Notes under the pieces: model-generated
What the model saw: only the letters and a program-made list of their open reading frames with translations
Databases searched by the model: none
Told to the model about the DNA's origin: nothing
In this document: piece by piece, positions 23,466-34,091 of the stretch
Layout of the letters: every line of letters starts with the position of its first letter
How positions within the stretch are numbered: the first letter of the stretch is position 1
Assembly (NCBI GenBank): GCA_002189035.1
Contig: NEEC01000010.1
Span: 2,480,001 to 2,544,000 of the forward strand
Reading direction: 5' to 3'
Length of the DNA stretch: 64,000 nt
DNA from: Utricularia gibba
Taxonomy: Eukaryota > Plantae > Magnoliophyta
Made by a program: the position numbers and the translations under genes

Positions 23466-24551
23466 TCAAAGCATGGAAGGAAACAGATGAAGGAAGGAAA
23501 GCTCTGGCACCTCCTTGCCCTCCTGAAAGCTAGTAGCTGCTGCGTCTGTGAGCTTGAGCCACAATACTTCTCTTTGCTCTTTCAGATTGCTGAGTCTGGC
23601 CAGATTCTTGGGATGCTGATTCTGGCACTCCTCGAACAGCTCTGGATCCATGTCGGACAGCAACCTTCGCACGTTGACAGTTAGGAACAGCCTGTGCTCC
23701 TCTTTCATGGGTAATGTAAATCCATTGATTATGCTTCCCAGTATTTCCAAAAGTTCTCCAATCCCATTATGCCTTCCTGTTTCATATACGAACCTATAGA
23801 AGATATTGTTGATACTTCTCCTGATAAAGGGTCTATGAATCATGAATCTCCCATATATTCTGTGAAGAATGGTCTTCAAATACTCCCTCTCCCTCGGATC
23901 CTCGGAATCAAACAAATCAAGGAGCTTAGAGACAAATGAGTTGTCTATGTATCTCTTAGCTATCTTCGTGTCTGTGTAAGTAGAAACCACATACCGCAAG
24001 AGAAGCTCATAAACAAGCTGCAAATGTGGCCATGTGGGAACAAAGTATTGCTCCTCCTCATCAGGGTCCAAACTCTCTGACCCCGTGTTTTCGTATGAAG
24101 CAGGGGGCAAGCATCTGAATATATTCAGCGAAATCATCTGAACCATTTCGTTCTGATCCAATTCAGTGATCTTCTCAGAACCAGATTGAATGAAATCCAC
24201 AAGCTCAACCAATGTCAGCCTTTTAATCTCCTTTTCCCTCGCCATTTTCAAAAAATCCGAAAAATCACACACATTGCAACAGATTTTCACCTTCCTTCGA
24301 AACAATCCCTGCCTCTCCATAGCCAAAACATCTCGAAACCTAGGAAGATTTTCAAATGCTTCAGGCACCGATTCGGAATCGGTGTCCTCATGTTGCGACA
24401 ATTCCGGCGGCCCCCTACACCGAGATACATGATTAACCACAATATCCGAATCCAAGATTCCGCTGGAGCTCCGTCCATGCGTAACGGCGGCCAAATCGAC
24501 GTCGGATTTGGCCATCTTGCGATGGCTTCTCTTTATTATCTTGTTGAGCAT
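23466..24551 (-). CDS. PP2A regulatory B' (B56, alpha/beta-like) subunit with an in-frame internal deletion of roughly 140 aa; single open exon of 361 aa (functional variant or young pseudogene)
   Basis: [66 protein letters not shown] then jumps directly to TVNVRRLL. The LLKYWP and HFQVAERAL segments are absent. Confidence 0.9.
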   Translation of the reverse strand: MLNKIIKRSHRKMAKSDVDLAAVTHGRSSSGILDSDIVVNHVSRCRGPPELSQHEDTDSESVPEAFENLPRFRDVLAMERQGLFRRKVKICCNVCDFSDFLKMAREKEIKRLTLVELVDFIQSGSEKITELDQNEMVQMISLNIFRCLPPASYENTGSESLDPDEEEQYFVPTWPHLQLVYELLLRYVVSTYTDTKIAKRYIDNSFVSKLLDLFDSEDPREREYLKTILHRIYGRFMIHRPFIRRSINNIFYRFVYETGRHNGIGELLEILGSIINGFTLPMKEEHRLFLTVNVRRLLSDMDPELFEECQNQHPKNLARLSNLKEQREVLWLKLTDAAATSFQEGKEVPELSFLHLFPSML

Positions 24552-24966
24552 GTCTCCCCGCACACCAATTCAGGAATCCATAATACAAAAAGTCACGAAG
24601 ATCATCCGGATAGACTAAACCGATCGTTAAAAAGATTGCTAACCTGAGAAATCCACCATGGATCGCCGGCGATCGGAGTGCTCCGGCGATCGAATGGATG
24701 CTTAAATGATGTAGAATAGAAACGGGTACAATTCAAGCCAATGATCACTCCAAATTCAAAAAATATGCGAATTTAATAGACATTATAATTTTAAGATAAA
24801 TTGTGAACAATTTTTTGTAGACATTTTATTTAAAAAAAATTATTTGATTTCCAATTTATTCGTAGATTTATATTATTTTAATTTTTAATTGTAGAAAAAT
24901 AATTTTAATCCTAAAAGGTTGATGATTAAAACGTGGCCAACAAGTATAAAGTCCCATTTGGAAACA

Positions 24967-26666
24967 TCACGGGGCCTCTTCGGGTTGAGGTTCGGGTTCG
25001 GGTTCCTTTGCATTGTTATAAATGATTGTGCTATAAAACTTCCTTGTCCTAATCACCAGCACGAGGGAGAAGATCGACCCCACCAGAGTCGCCGCCGTTA
25101 TGATCAGAAACGCCGCCTTGTAACACTCCACGCCGTCGCACGTCAAGTCTTCTCCGGGAAGCCTCGTTAACCCCTTCGCCGCCATCTGCCTCCGTGCCAC
25201 TCTATCGTAGAGACCTCCTGAGACCTTCACATTGAGAATGTAATTCCCAACGGGGCTAGCACCAGCCCCGAAGTTGTACAACGTGGAGTAGTATTTGAGG
25301 CCGAAGATCTCCGATATGATGGCGAAGATTAGTGGCCACTGAGCTCCGAAGCAGAAGCCGGTTATAATCGAAGCCAAGTAGAGGGAATTCTCGATCCCGA
25401 AAGCGATCAGGAGGTGGCCGGAGCAAGAGAGGAGGAGGATGAGAGTAAGCATCAAGGGCCGGGGAAATTTGTACTTTGTTAAGAGAATTTCCGATGCAAA
25501 ACCTGCAACAACTCTCCCCAGATAGTTCCATATGCTTACCAATGAGATGAATGTGGATATGCTCCTTGCTGGGTATCCCAAGGCATTTCCGATCTGTCCG
25601 AGATTATCGATCGCCGTCAGGGTTCCTCCGACTCCGAATGTCGTCACGGCGAAGAGGATGATCATGTCTAAGCTGAAAAGGGCTTGCAGAATTGTGTAGT
25701 CTACGCCTCTTGGAGGTGGATTGAAAATGTTTCTCCAACAAGAATCACCAGTGGTTGTTTCTGAAGAAGTCCTTTCCTGTTGTTGGTCTTGAAGCTCAAC
25801 TGGAAAATGGTTCTGTTTTGTGCTTTCAGTTTGAAATGGGGTTGCTTCTGTTCTCATTTCCTCTCTGAACACGATCACCAGTGGTGAAAAGAGAAGAACC
25901 AGCACAACCACTGCACTGATTATGTACTCCGTTTGAGAGAAAACAGCTCTGTTTTGCACAATGATGATGATCATCAGAAACCCAGCAAGCCCAAGTGAGA
26001 TGTAGAGCAGCTCGTAGAAGATTCTGAGGTCGTTTCGACCGCGACCGCTTCTCATTATCCGAACAGTCCCCACGAAGGCCAATGAAACAACTGCAGGCAG
26101 CCAAGCAATCAGTAGAATCAAGAAATCAGTGTTGTTCCCATAGAGAGCATGGTATAGCTGAGTCAAAATGGCTCCACTCAGCCCCACAAATCCCTTCAGA
26201 AGGCCCAAAACGACGCCGCGGCTCGCCGGAAAATTCTTCACACAGGTGACCAATGCGCCGGTGTTAGCGAAGGACTGCGAGTTCGCCCCCACGCAAATCG
26301 ACGTACACATCTGCCATAACTGGGGACGCGATATACGCTTAGTCACGGCGAGCCAAATCACGAAGTAGCCAGAGAAATTCATGACGGCTCCGATCGAGAG
26401 CACCACCCACGGCGGAGTGATTTCATTGATTAACCCCGAGATTATGCCTATATTCCCCCCAAGTCTTTGAAGAAGCTCAGTAAGTTGATTGTCGTCTGAT
26501 CATAACCCAGAGACGACTTGATCTGGCCCGAATAGAGACCAAACATGTAGGTCGCACCCGCCATCGCCATTATAAGAAGCGAAGCAAAGATCATAAACCA
26601 TCGGGCGGCGATTGCACGCCCGATAACCGCCGTAAAACCGCGACTGAAGCCCAGCGCCACCTCCAT
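24967..26666 (-). CDS. Nodulin-like/NFD4-like major facilitator superfamily transporter; intronless, with one apparent frameshift at 26455-26460
   Basis: RWFMIFASLLIMAMAGATYMFGLYS..LGYDQTTINLLSFFKDLG[G]NIGIISGLINE, GANSQSFANTGALVTCVKNFP.SRG, TLTAIDNLGQIG, GAQWPLIFAIISEIFGLKYYSTLYN. Confidence 0.93.
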
Positions 26667-28736
26667 TTTGAGTCAACTCCGGAAGAACCCAAGATTCCTG
26701 TGCTGATCTGCGCGACAAGGAATTCATTTATAAAATGGAGAGCGACCCCACCCTCATGTGTGAACAAAATACAATGAAATAATCACAATATTAAATTGAA
26801 TACCTTTTTTAAAAACTGCACCACAAAAAAAATGAAAAATCAAATCAAATCTAAATAAACCTAGGTTTAAGAACCCTCTTTTTTAATAGTCATATACTAT
26901 CAAAGATTAATTAATGCATGTGTGATTAAAAACTAATTAAAAATGTGAGATTAGGGATAGCTCATTAAATCAATCATAGTTTGTTTGACAGTAATTGCTA
27001 TTAGGATAACTATAGTAATTCTAGTGCTAATAAATGCATATTTTGCACATATTTCCAAAATAAACTGATAAAAAGAAATTAACTCTCGAAATAAATGTTC
27101 AAAAAATGAGAAAAAATGACATTATTAGAAAAAAAATTGTTAGAATGAAAAACAAGAAATCATTCGGCATTTATATGTTATTTTTTAAATGGGAATTGAT
27201 ATTTTAATTATGGAAAATAAGAAATAATTGCGCTCTATGGAACTATTAATTGTTGATTTTGAAAATAAAATATGATAGGTTGAGTTTTTATTTGGAACAA
27301 TTTCTGTTTAGGATGAGTATCATAAAAATAATTTTAATATCAAATATAATATAAATGAATGTTCTGAAAATTTTTTAAAATCTATTTATATTTTTCCGAA
27401 GTAAAAATAATTTTATTCTAAAACAATTTTAATTGTAAAAATAATTCTATTAAAAATACTTTTAAAATTATAACTATAAAAATTATTTTTGGAAAAATAA
27501 TGAGCCATTTATTTTTACTTTTTACTTTTACTTTTCAAAATTATTTTTAAAAAGTAAAAATAATTTTCAAAAATTTTTCACTCCTTAAATCATGTTGTAA
27601 TAAATTAAGTCATGTTGTAATAAATTCCCACATGAGTAGGGTAGCATAGGGAAAGAGCCAAAAAGTGTGAGCTTTGTTCTGGGAGATTCTACTGTGGCTG
27701 GGAGGCAGATGGGATGAGATGAGATGAGATGAAAGGCAGTGCGAGGGATGCGTTTTGGGCGGTATTGTCCTGTCCCTCTCCACTACCAGACGCCCAAGCA
27801 ATCAAAGCTGCAGCACGTGGGAGGGAATCTTGTGGGTGGCGATTGCCTGAGTTTATTCTCCCATGTTTTCATTCATTGCAACATCTGAGGTGAGTAGAAG
27901 TGTGCACACTTCCACACCACAAAAACCTTCCAAAAACAAGAGTTTGGAACACATTATTGGCTACTCACCTGCACTCTTATAAAAGAAGAGTGTTGGTTGT
28001 AAATCAAACACGAAGAAGAGAAAATGTCAAAAAACCTTAATCACGTATAATTAAAGGATTTCTCAATTTTCAAAGATTTAAAAGTTTTTTGAAAATTGAT
28101 ACACACACAAAAGACTTTTTGGATTGGTTTTGCACCCTCCCCTCTATGGGTTTCAAGATCTTATGTAAATCTTATTCGATCGAATAAATTAAAACACTAC
28201 ATACGTAGGAGGCTTAACTCTTTCTCAAATTCATAAAAACTAATGGATTGATATATCATATAAATTAATTAAAAACCATTTTTAATATCGATGTGGAATA
28301 CCTACAATTTCTCCAATATCATTATTACAACAGAGTATTGCTTGTAAGATCAGAGATCAATATCACATACTAGTTACCGACTAAGAATAAGATGTTATTA
28401 ATTGTATGTTTGAAACGAATAATAAAAAATAATTAGATCGTCTTGTCGTGTGTTGGGGAATGGGTGGTGAGGGGGTTCCGAGGGGCATGGAGGGATAAGA
28501 TGAATGACGGGTAAGTGGGTGGGCGGGTGTAAGGAGAGAACAGCGTTGCTTGGACGGTGGGATGCCTCTTCTCCCGCACCATCTCTTTCAATGCACTCCA
28601 AAAGTTGATCACCTTTTGGCGACCCAAACAAACTTAACAGTTGGGTGGGATTCCGCCAAACCCAATCCTTTGGCAATCTATGTTCTAAGGTCCACTACAG
28701 TGCCCTATCTTTTCGCAAAAAATGTAGAAAAAAGAT

Positions 28737-28820
28737 TCCGACCTGCCGGATTCGAACCAGCGACCTAAGGATTACAGCACCTACTACAGTCCTCCGCTCT
28801 ACCAACTGAGCTAAGGTCGG
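28737..28820 (-). tRNA. trnY-GTA: tRNA-Tyr(GTA) with an 11-nt intron (28773-28783) and an adjacent T-run Pol III terminator
   Basis: CCGACCTTAGCTCAGTTGGTAGAGCGGAGGACTGTAG-[TAGGTGCTGTA]-ATCCTTAGGTCGCTGGTTCGAATCCGGCAGGTCGGA gives a 73-nt mature plant tRNA-Tyr, followed by TCTTTTTT. Confidence 0.98.
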
Positions 28821-28922
28821 ATTGATGTTAGTCGAGCTTAGATAAAAAAAAAAATCGATATCGCATACCACGCATTGAAATAGAAATAGTGACAAGTTCA
28901 TGAACTAACAAGCTCTATAGCT

Positions 28923-29809
28923 CTAGGACAGTGATGCTTTGGTCTTTCCAATCCTCAAGTAAACAGGGTAAGTGACAGTCTTTTGCAGCTGTCCATCTTC
29001 ATTCCAGGCCTTGGTGAATTCCTTGATCATATGGTCTCCCAAAAGCTCCACACCCTTTTGTTTAGCAGTTTGGATGCAAGACCATGACCTCAAATATGTT
29101 AAGTACCCTCAATATCCATCACTTTTTCCGAATTGAAGCGGAAGGGACCAGTATGCTCTAGCCCTTCCACTGGCTCAAATGGGAAATCAATGGTTTCATA
29201 CTTGGCATCAACTAGTTTCCTTGCTGAATCCCAGTAGGGGTCGCAGTCAACACTGTAGAATCTTAGGAGCACAGAATCAACTGCAGCGTTAATCTCTGGC
29301 AAAGTATAGCACCAAGCTGCAATCACCCCATTTGGTTTCTTCAGCACATACTTGACTCGCTGATAGAACACTGGAAGATCAAACCAATGCAGAGCCTGGG
29401 CTATGGTCACCAAGTCAAAACTTGATTCAGATCCAATAGCTTCTTCGAGTTCTGCCACTGACATACTCTTTGAAGTGCATTTATATGTGATGTTGGGTAA
29501 CTTGGCCGCGTATTCCAGCTGCTTTGGGCTCGTGTCTGTGGCGATTACATTCTTGTATATCTCTGCAAGCTGCATCACATTCATAAAGGAGTTTATCCCA
29601 GTGAAATTCCATTCAGGCAATAGGGATTCAAAATCCCGATTGTGTACCAAAAAACTCACCGATCTGGCGGCCTGGCCGGTACCCGTCCCAACATCCCAGG
29701 CAAGATCGTGCGACGGTGTTGCGGAAGCAATGAAACGGAAGAGTTGCTCGGGGTAACCCGGCCTGCCCTCCGAATACTCCTTGGCTTGTGCGATGAACAA
29801 ATCCGCCAT
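28923..29809 (-). CDS. Class I SAM-dependent methyltransferase (embryo-abundant/DDB_G0268948-like); exons 29809-29660 and 29569-28923, apparent frameshift at 29106-29108
   Basis: MADLF..QAKEYSEGRPGYP, AWDVGTGTGQA motif I, DLVTIAQALHWFD, GVIAAWCY. The C-terminal YLTYLRSWS..TAKQKGVELL..PVYLRIGK lies in the shifted frame. Confidence 0.92.
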
Positions 29810-30402
29810 TTCTGCTTTCAGATGCCTCCGAGTGGAAAACAAAAGCCAGATGGAGATTACAAATTGGCTTCCTCTCAAATTTTTCACCCTTCATTTTGTA
29901 ATAATAATAATAATAAGGGGTATTTTGGTCAAATCGTGATGCAGCGCCTGCGTCTTAAAGTATCAGGCTTTCGTCGTCTCGTTCCCAATCGGAGTTCCTA
30001 TTTTCCGAATTGGTTGTAGGGTTCGTGATTCTTCTTTGAAAGACTCTGCTCCTCTGTTCTAAGAACCCTAGGGAAGTGGTTGACATCGCTCTCTGAGTTT
30101 TACGTGCGTCCCTATCGAACAATTTTTATTTTCCTTTTTCGTCGGAGTTGTGGATTCGGAGCATCTGAATGAATTTGTCGGTTGTCAGTGACCGTTATTC
30201 TGTGTAGAGCTTGGTTATTTGGTTCTTGATTTTTGTGACATTACAGTAGGGAGTTAGTGGATCTCTTCTATTTGAGGCGAAACCCTTGGGGTTTCCGGTT
30301 GTATCGATGTCCTGATATTAATTTATAAGTTGTTTCGTTTAGACTCGGAAAGTTGTGATTTTTTTGCACCTGAATTGATGTAAATAGTTTTGGAATTTGA
30401 AC

Positions 30403-31311
30403 ATGAACGGCGAAATGAAAGGGGAGAAAGATGAGCAGGATAAACGAATTACTCGACCTGGTGGTGGTGGTGATTTTGCCCGAGAGATAGCAAAAATTGC
30501 TGTTTCGCAAGTTTGTCAGAGCACTGGCTTTGAGACGTCTTACGGATGCGCTCTTGACTTGTTGGCTGACATTGCCATTAGATACATAGGTGAATTGGGG
30601 AAGAGCTCAATGTTTTATGCAAGTTTATCTCGAAGGACTGAATGCAATGTGTTTGATGTTATTCACGCTTTGGAGGACTTGGTTCAGTTTCAGGGCACTC
30701 CGAAGGTTCCTTCTCATTGTGCAGTTAACAGTGGTGCGGTATTGGAGCTCAAGAAGTATGTAATCAGTGCAGACGAGATACCTTTTGCGCGATCCTTGCC
30801 AAGGTTTCCGGCCATAAGAGATCGTAAGCGGATACCGAAATCCCCGGTGGTGGGAGAAGCACCGAGGTCTAATCACATACCAGCATGGTTGCCACCGTTT
30901 CCTGATCCTGATACATACATCCGTACCCCTGTTTTGAATGACAGAGTTACTGATCCTCCTGATGATGAGATTGTGCTAGCAAGGCAGCATAGAAAGGTAG
31001 AAGAGCCATCAAACGGATTGCAACACGAAGAAAATGCCCCGGATGCCAGAAATACCAAAAACCCAGTAAGCACGCCTCCAAAACACTCTGTCAAGAAGCC
31101 TGAAGCAGAAGTATCCACGCTTCTGCTGCAAACATTCTCACCAGCAATGGAAGCAATGAGGGATAGGCTAGATTCCGGATCTCATGAGGGGAAGGTTGTT
31201 CCTAGCAAGAGGCCTCATGTAATCTTAGAATTCAGACGTAGTAAAAAGCTGTTGGCCGAACCGGTGGACATGATGATCCAAAGCGTGGCCTTTGGAGAGG
31301 GGGAGTTATAG
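30403..31311 (+). CDS. TAF8: TFIID subunit 8-like (histone fold/bromodomain-associated plus TAF8_C), intronless CDS
   Basis: FAREIAKIAVSQVC..GF..ALDLLADIAIRYIGELGK..RRTECNVFDVIHALED; HIPAWLPPFPDPDTY. Confidence 0.88.
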   Translation: MNGEMKGEKDEQDKRITRPGGGGDFAREIAKIAVSQVCQSTGFETSYGCALDLLADIAIRYIGELGKSSMFYASLSRRTECNVFDVIHALEDLVQFQGTPKVPSHCAVNSGAVLELKKYVISADEIPFARSLPRFPAIRDRKRIPKSPVVGEAPRSNHIPAWLPPFPDPDTYIRTPVLNDRVTDPPDDEIVLARQHRKVEEPSNGLQHEENAPDARNTKNPVSTPPKHSVKKPEAEVSTLLLQTFSPAMEAMRDRLDSGSHEGKVVPSKRPHVILEFRRSKKLLAEPVDMMIQSVAFGEGEL

Positions 31312-31543
31312 TTTGGCAATGATGTTGTAAAGGACGATAAGACAAGGAGTTGCCATCCGGTTTTACCTTAGTTTTTTTTGGTTTAATTAGTGTTAAATTG
31401 CATTGTCAGTTTCAACTGTCTTGAGATAAAAATGCCATATCCGATCATATAAGGCAAACAAAAGCACGTCCATCAGAATAAGGTTTCACAAAATCCTAAT
31501 CCAGATTCTTCCATTTATCAGCTTACAACTTAACTCAATGCAA

Positions 31544-32794
31544 CTAGTGCAAGTTACCAGAATATTTGCTGAGGTTCGAGGCATCCAGGGGAAATGCTTT
31601 GCCTCGGTGATTGAAGATCATGAAATCCAGATTCGCGGGCAGAGACACCACCCTGATATCATACAAGGATAAAAGAGTTTATCAATACTCATCTCATAAT
31701 GAGATAAAAATGTGAAATGTTCATATTGGCTCGTGTTCATGTTGCCCAGATGATCCTAAACACCCTTAAATCCATATAATGAAGCCCCAAGAACGGACTT
31801 GTTACGATTTATGAGCTTACAAAACAAGTTGTGGTAACATTCAAAGCGTAAAGCCAAGCTAACATCAGAATCCCACTAAAGAAGAAGCAGAGAGCTTTTC
31901 CATAGGCAAAAACATCACAGGAGAATACCTCCACCTTGTCAATAATCAGAGAAGATGTCTCGTATGAGACGTTCTATTTTCTCAACAATCTTTCCCTTTG
32001 ACAGGGGAACCTCTCATCCTTGGTGAAATTCGAAGTTTCGGATTAAAGATAATGTAGTCGACTGGTACCAAAATCCCAGAGATCCTTGGAGAGGGAAAAG
32101 AAGTGTGGTAAAGACCATTTTTCACCTCTGATCGTCTGTGGATTCAGCTATTTCCCATTCTTAGACAAAGGAATTAAAACCCAAAACCTAAAATTCTAAT
32201 TCTAAGAACACACACATCTTGAGTATAATTGAATCAACTATTTCCCACTCCTGTACAGAAAAGATCACATAATTCGCATAAAAGCTCAACAGCCCACACT
32301 CAACCAGTTTCACCAAATATCCTATACCCTTGGTGATTCTGTCATTGTATGAAAAACGAAAGCAGAAGAAGAGATCAAAAACCTATTTTCATCGTCCTGG
32401 GGGCGTATGGACAAGAATTTTCCAGGTACGGTCAAAGCAGCCCACAGGCAAAAACTCAAACCTGCCAACAGCTCCAAAACCACCTACAAAATTTGCTCCG
32501 TCACAGAAAGAAAAAACTAGCAAATCTAAGAACTAATCAAATACGACAGGGTATTCACAATTATTATCAATTATTCATACGGTGAATGGAGGCCCCGAGA
32601 ACTCGTCTCCTGTAATTTTGAGCAAAGATCGATCTGTCAACAACAAATGAATCGAGCAATAAATCAGGATTCGCGGTCTCCTCGAGTTCAGAGAAGTTGA
32701 AAACAGAAGTATCGATCTTACACTGAATAGTGGCGTGAGCAGCGTGCGCGAGAACGACGATTCCGAGAGCGCCGACGGCGAAATTGAAGCCCAT
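31544..32794 (-). CDS. MMGT: Membrane magnesium transporter / ER membrane complex subunit 5; 4 exons (32794-32722, 32634-32581, 32483-32383, 31652-31544)
   Basis: Spliced product MGFNFAVGALGIVVLAHAAHATIQYRSLLKITGDEFSGPPFTVVLELLAG..WAALTVPGKFLSI..ENRVVSLPANLDFMIFNHRGK matches the recalled EMC5/MMgT family. Confidence 0.92.
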
Positions 32795-34091
32795 TGCTCC
32801 CAATTGAACTACCGAACAGATTCACCGGCCGCTAAAATCTAGAGCTGTATTGTTAAATGGGCTCGCTCGGTTGCTCCACGAAAATGAAGTGGCCAAATTT
32901 TGTTTTTTATATTATATTTCTGACTTTATTAAAATAAGAAATTATATTAAAAAAGAAAAATTATATTAAAATCTAGGGATTATTTGTCAAACTAGAATGT
33001 GAGTGCAATTAAGTTCAATTTCTCGAAAATAAATTTGACCCAAAATAGAATAAATTATATTATTTTTTTTTAAAATTGAAAATATTTAAGATTCTAGGGC
33101 TAAGATTTTGTAGTAGTTATTACAGTAAAATATAGTAATTACAAATATCACCCACAAAAAAAAATTAATTTTTTTTGCGTTACAATTAATAATAATGTGT
33201 AATCTTGTTTTACAAAAACGCCCCAAAATTTTGATATTTCCTCTTTAACACCTAAAGATATTTGCTCTCGAGTGATAATTTTGATAAATGGGCATAGGAA
33301 ACATTACCGCCGGACAGTTGAGGAATTTCACCTAAAATTGTGCCCTTTTTTTTAATTTCCGTTTCTTGTTCCCCGTAGCGCTTTCGTCTTCCGCCGTGTG
33401 ATTTTGGTACGGAATCCTTTGTCTGCATCTTTCGTTTACTTTGAAAACGTTAGGACACAAGGGTTCTCCACTTTTAGTTTAGAACTCCTAGAGAGGGCGT
33501 TTGGGGTTTTGTTTTTGTTTGAATTCTCGTAAGCTTCTTCGCTGGATCAAGGGAAACTTATTTTTGAAATTTTAGTGGGATTTTTGTCTTATAGACTGTA
33601 TGAAGTTTTGGATTGTAGTAATACCATGCATGATAATTTCAGATCTTGTAATGCTGTTAGTATGCCGAAACGGGTTTCTTTTCCCAGATGCTATTTGCCC
33701 CTGATTAGGGTTAAGAGTTGTAGTTCTGATAATTTTGGACTCTGCAGAACCGTGAAGTACATGAATTGATGGAATTGATGTTTAGATTTATCGTTTTAAT
33801 GGCGATGTGGAAAATGAAAGTGCTGTTTAATGGGCGTAACCAGGATAATTGTATGATTCTCCTTTTTTTCCCAAACTGTTGCACGGACGAGGCCATTGTG
33901 GCTCATATGAATGTGTATTTTTGTTGATTTCAGTTATAATTAGGTAAACTTCATGAGATTTCCGTCAGTTTTATTAATATGATTTTTGGTCTTTCTTCAG
34001 GATATTTCTCTCTCTTTCTGTTTGAAGTGTCATCACAAACATGATTCTTAGGAAAGTTGCAGCGCGTAATGCACATTTTTTGTGAAAAATC

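Noticed and set aside
28652-28675. ATCCTTTGGCA resembles the 3' half of the IPS1/miR399 target-mimic motif (its complement matches the 5' end of miR399)
   Set aside because: The TAGGGCAA half is absent, there is no miRNA-length fold-back, and the match is explained by a local GCCAAA/TTTGGC hairpin.
31309-31320. UAG readthrough of TAF8 by the nearby tRNA-Tyr (a known suppressor type)
   Set aside because: The context TAG TTT GGC is not the CARYYA leaky context, and tRNAs act in trans, so proximity is irrelevant.
5154-32794. Two magnesium transporter genes (MRS2, MMgT) as a metal-homeostasis cluster
   Set aside because: Unrelated families 24 kb apart with many unrelated genes between them; MMgT is mainly an ER membrane complex subunit.
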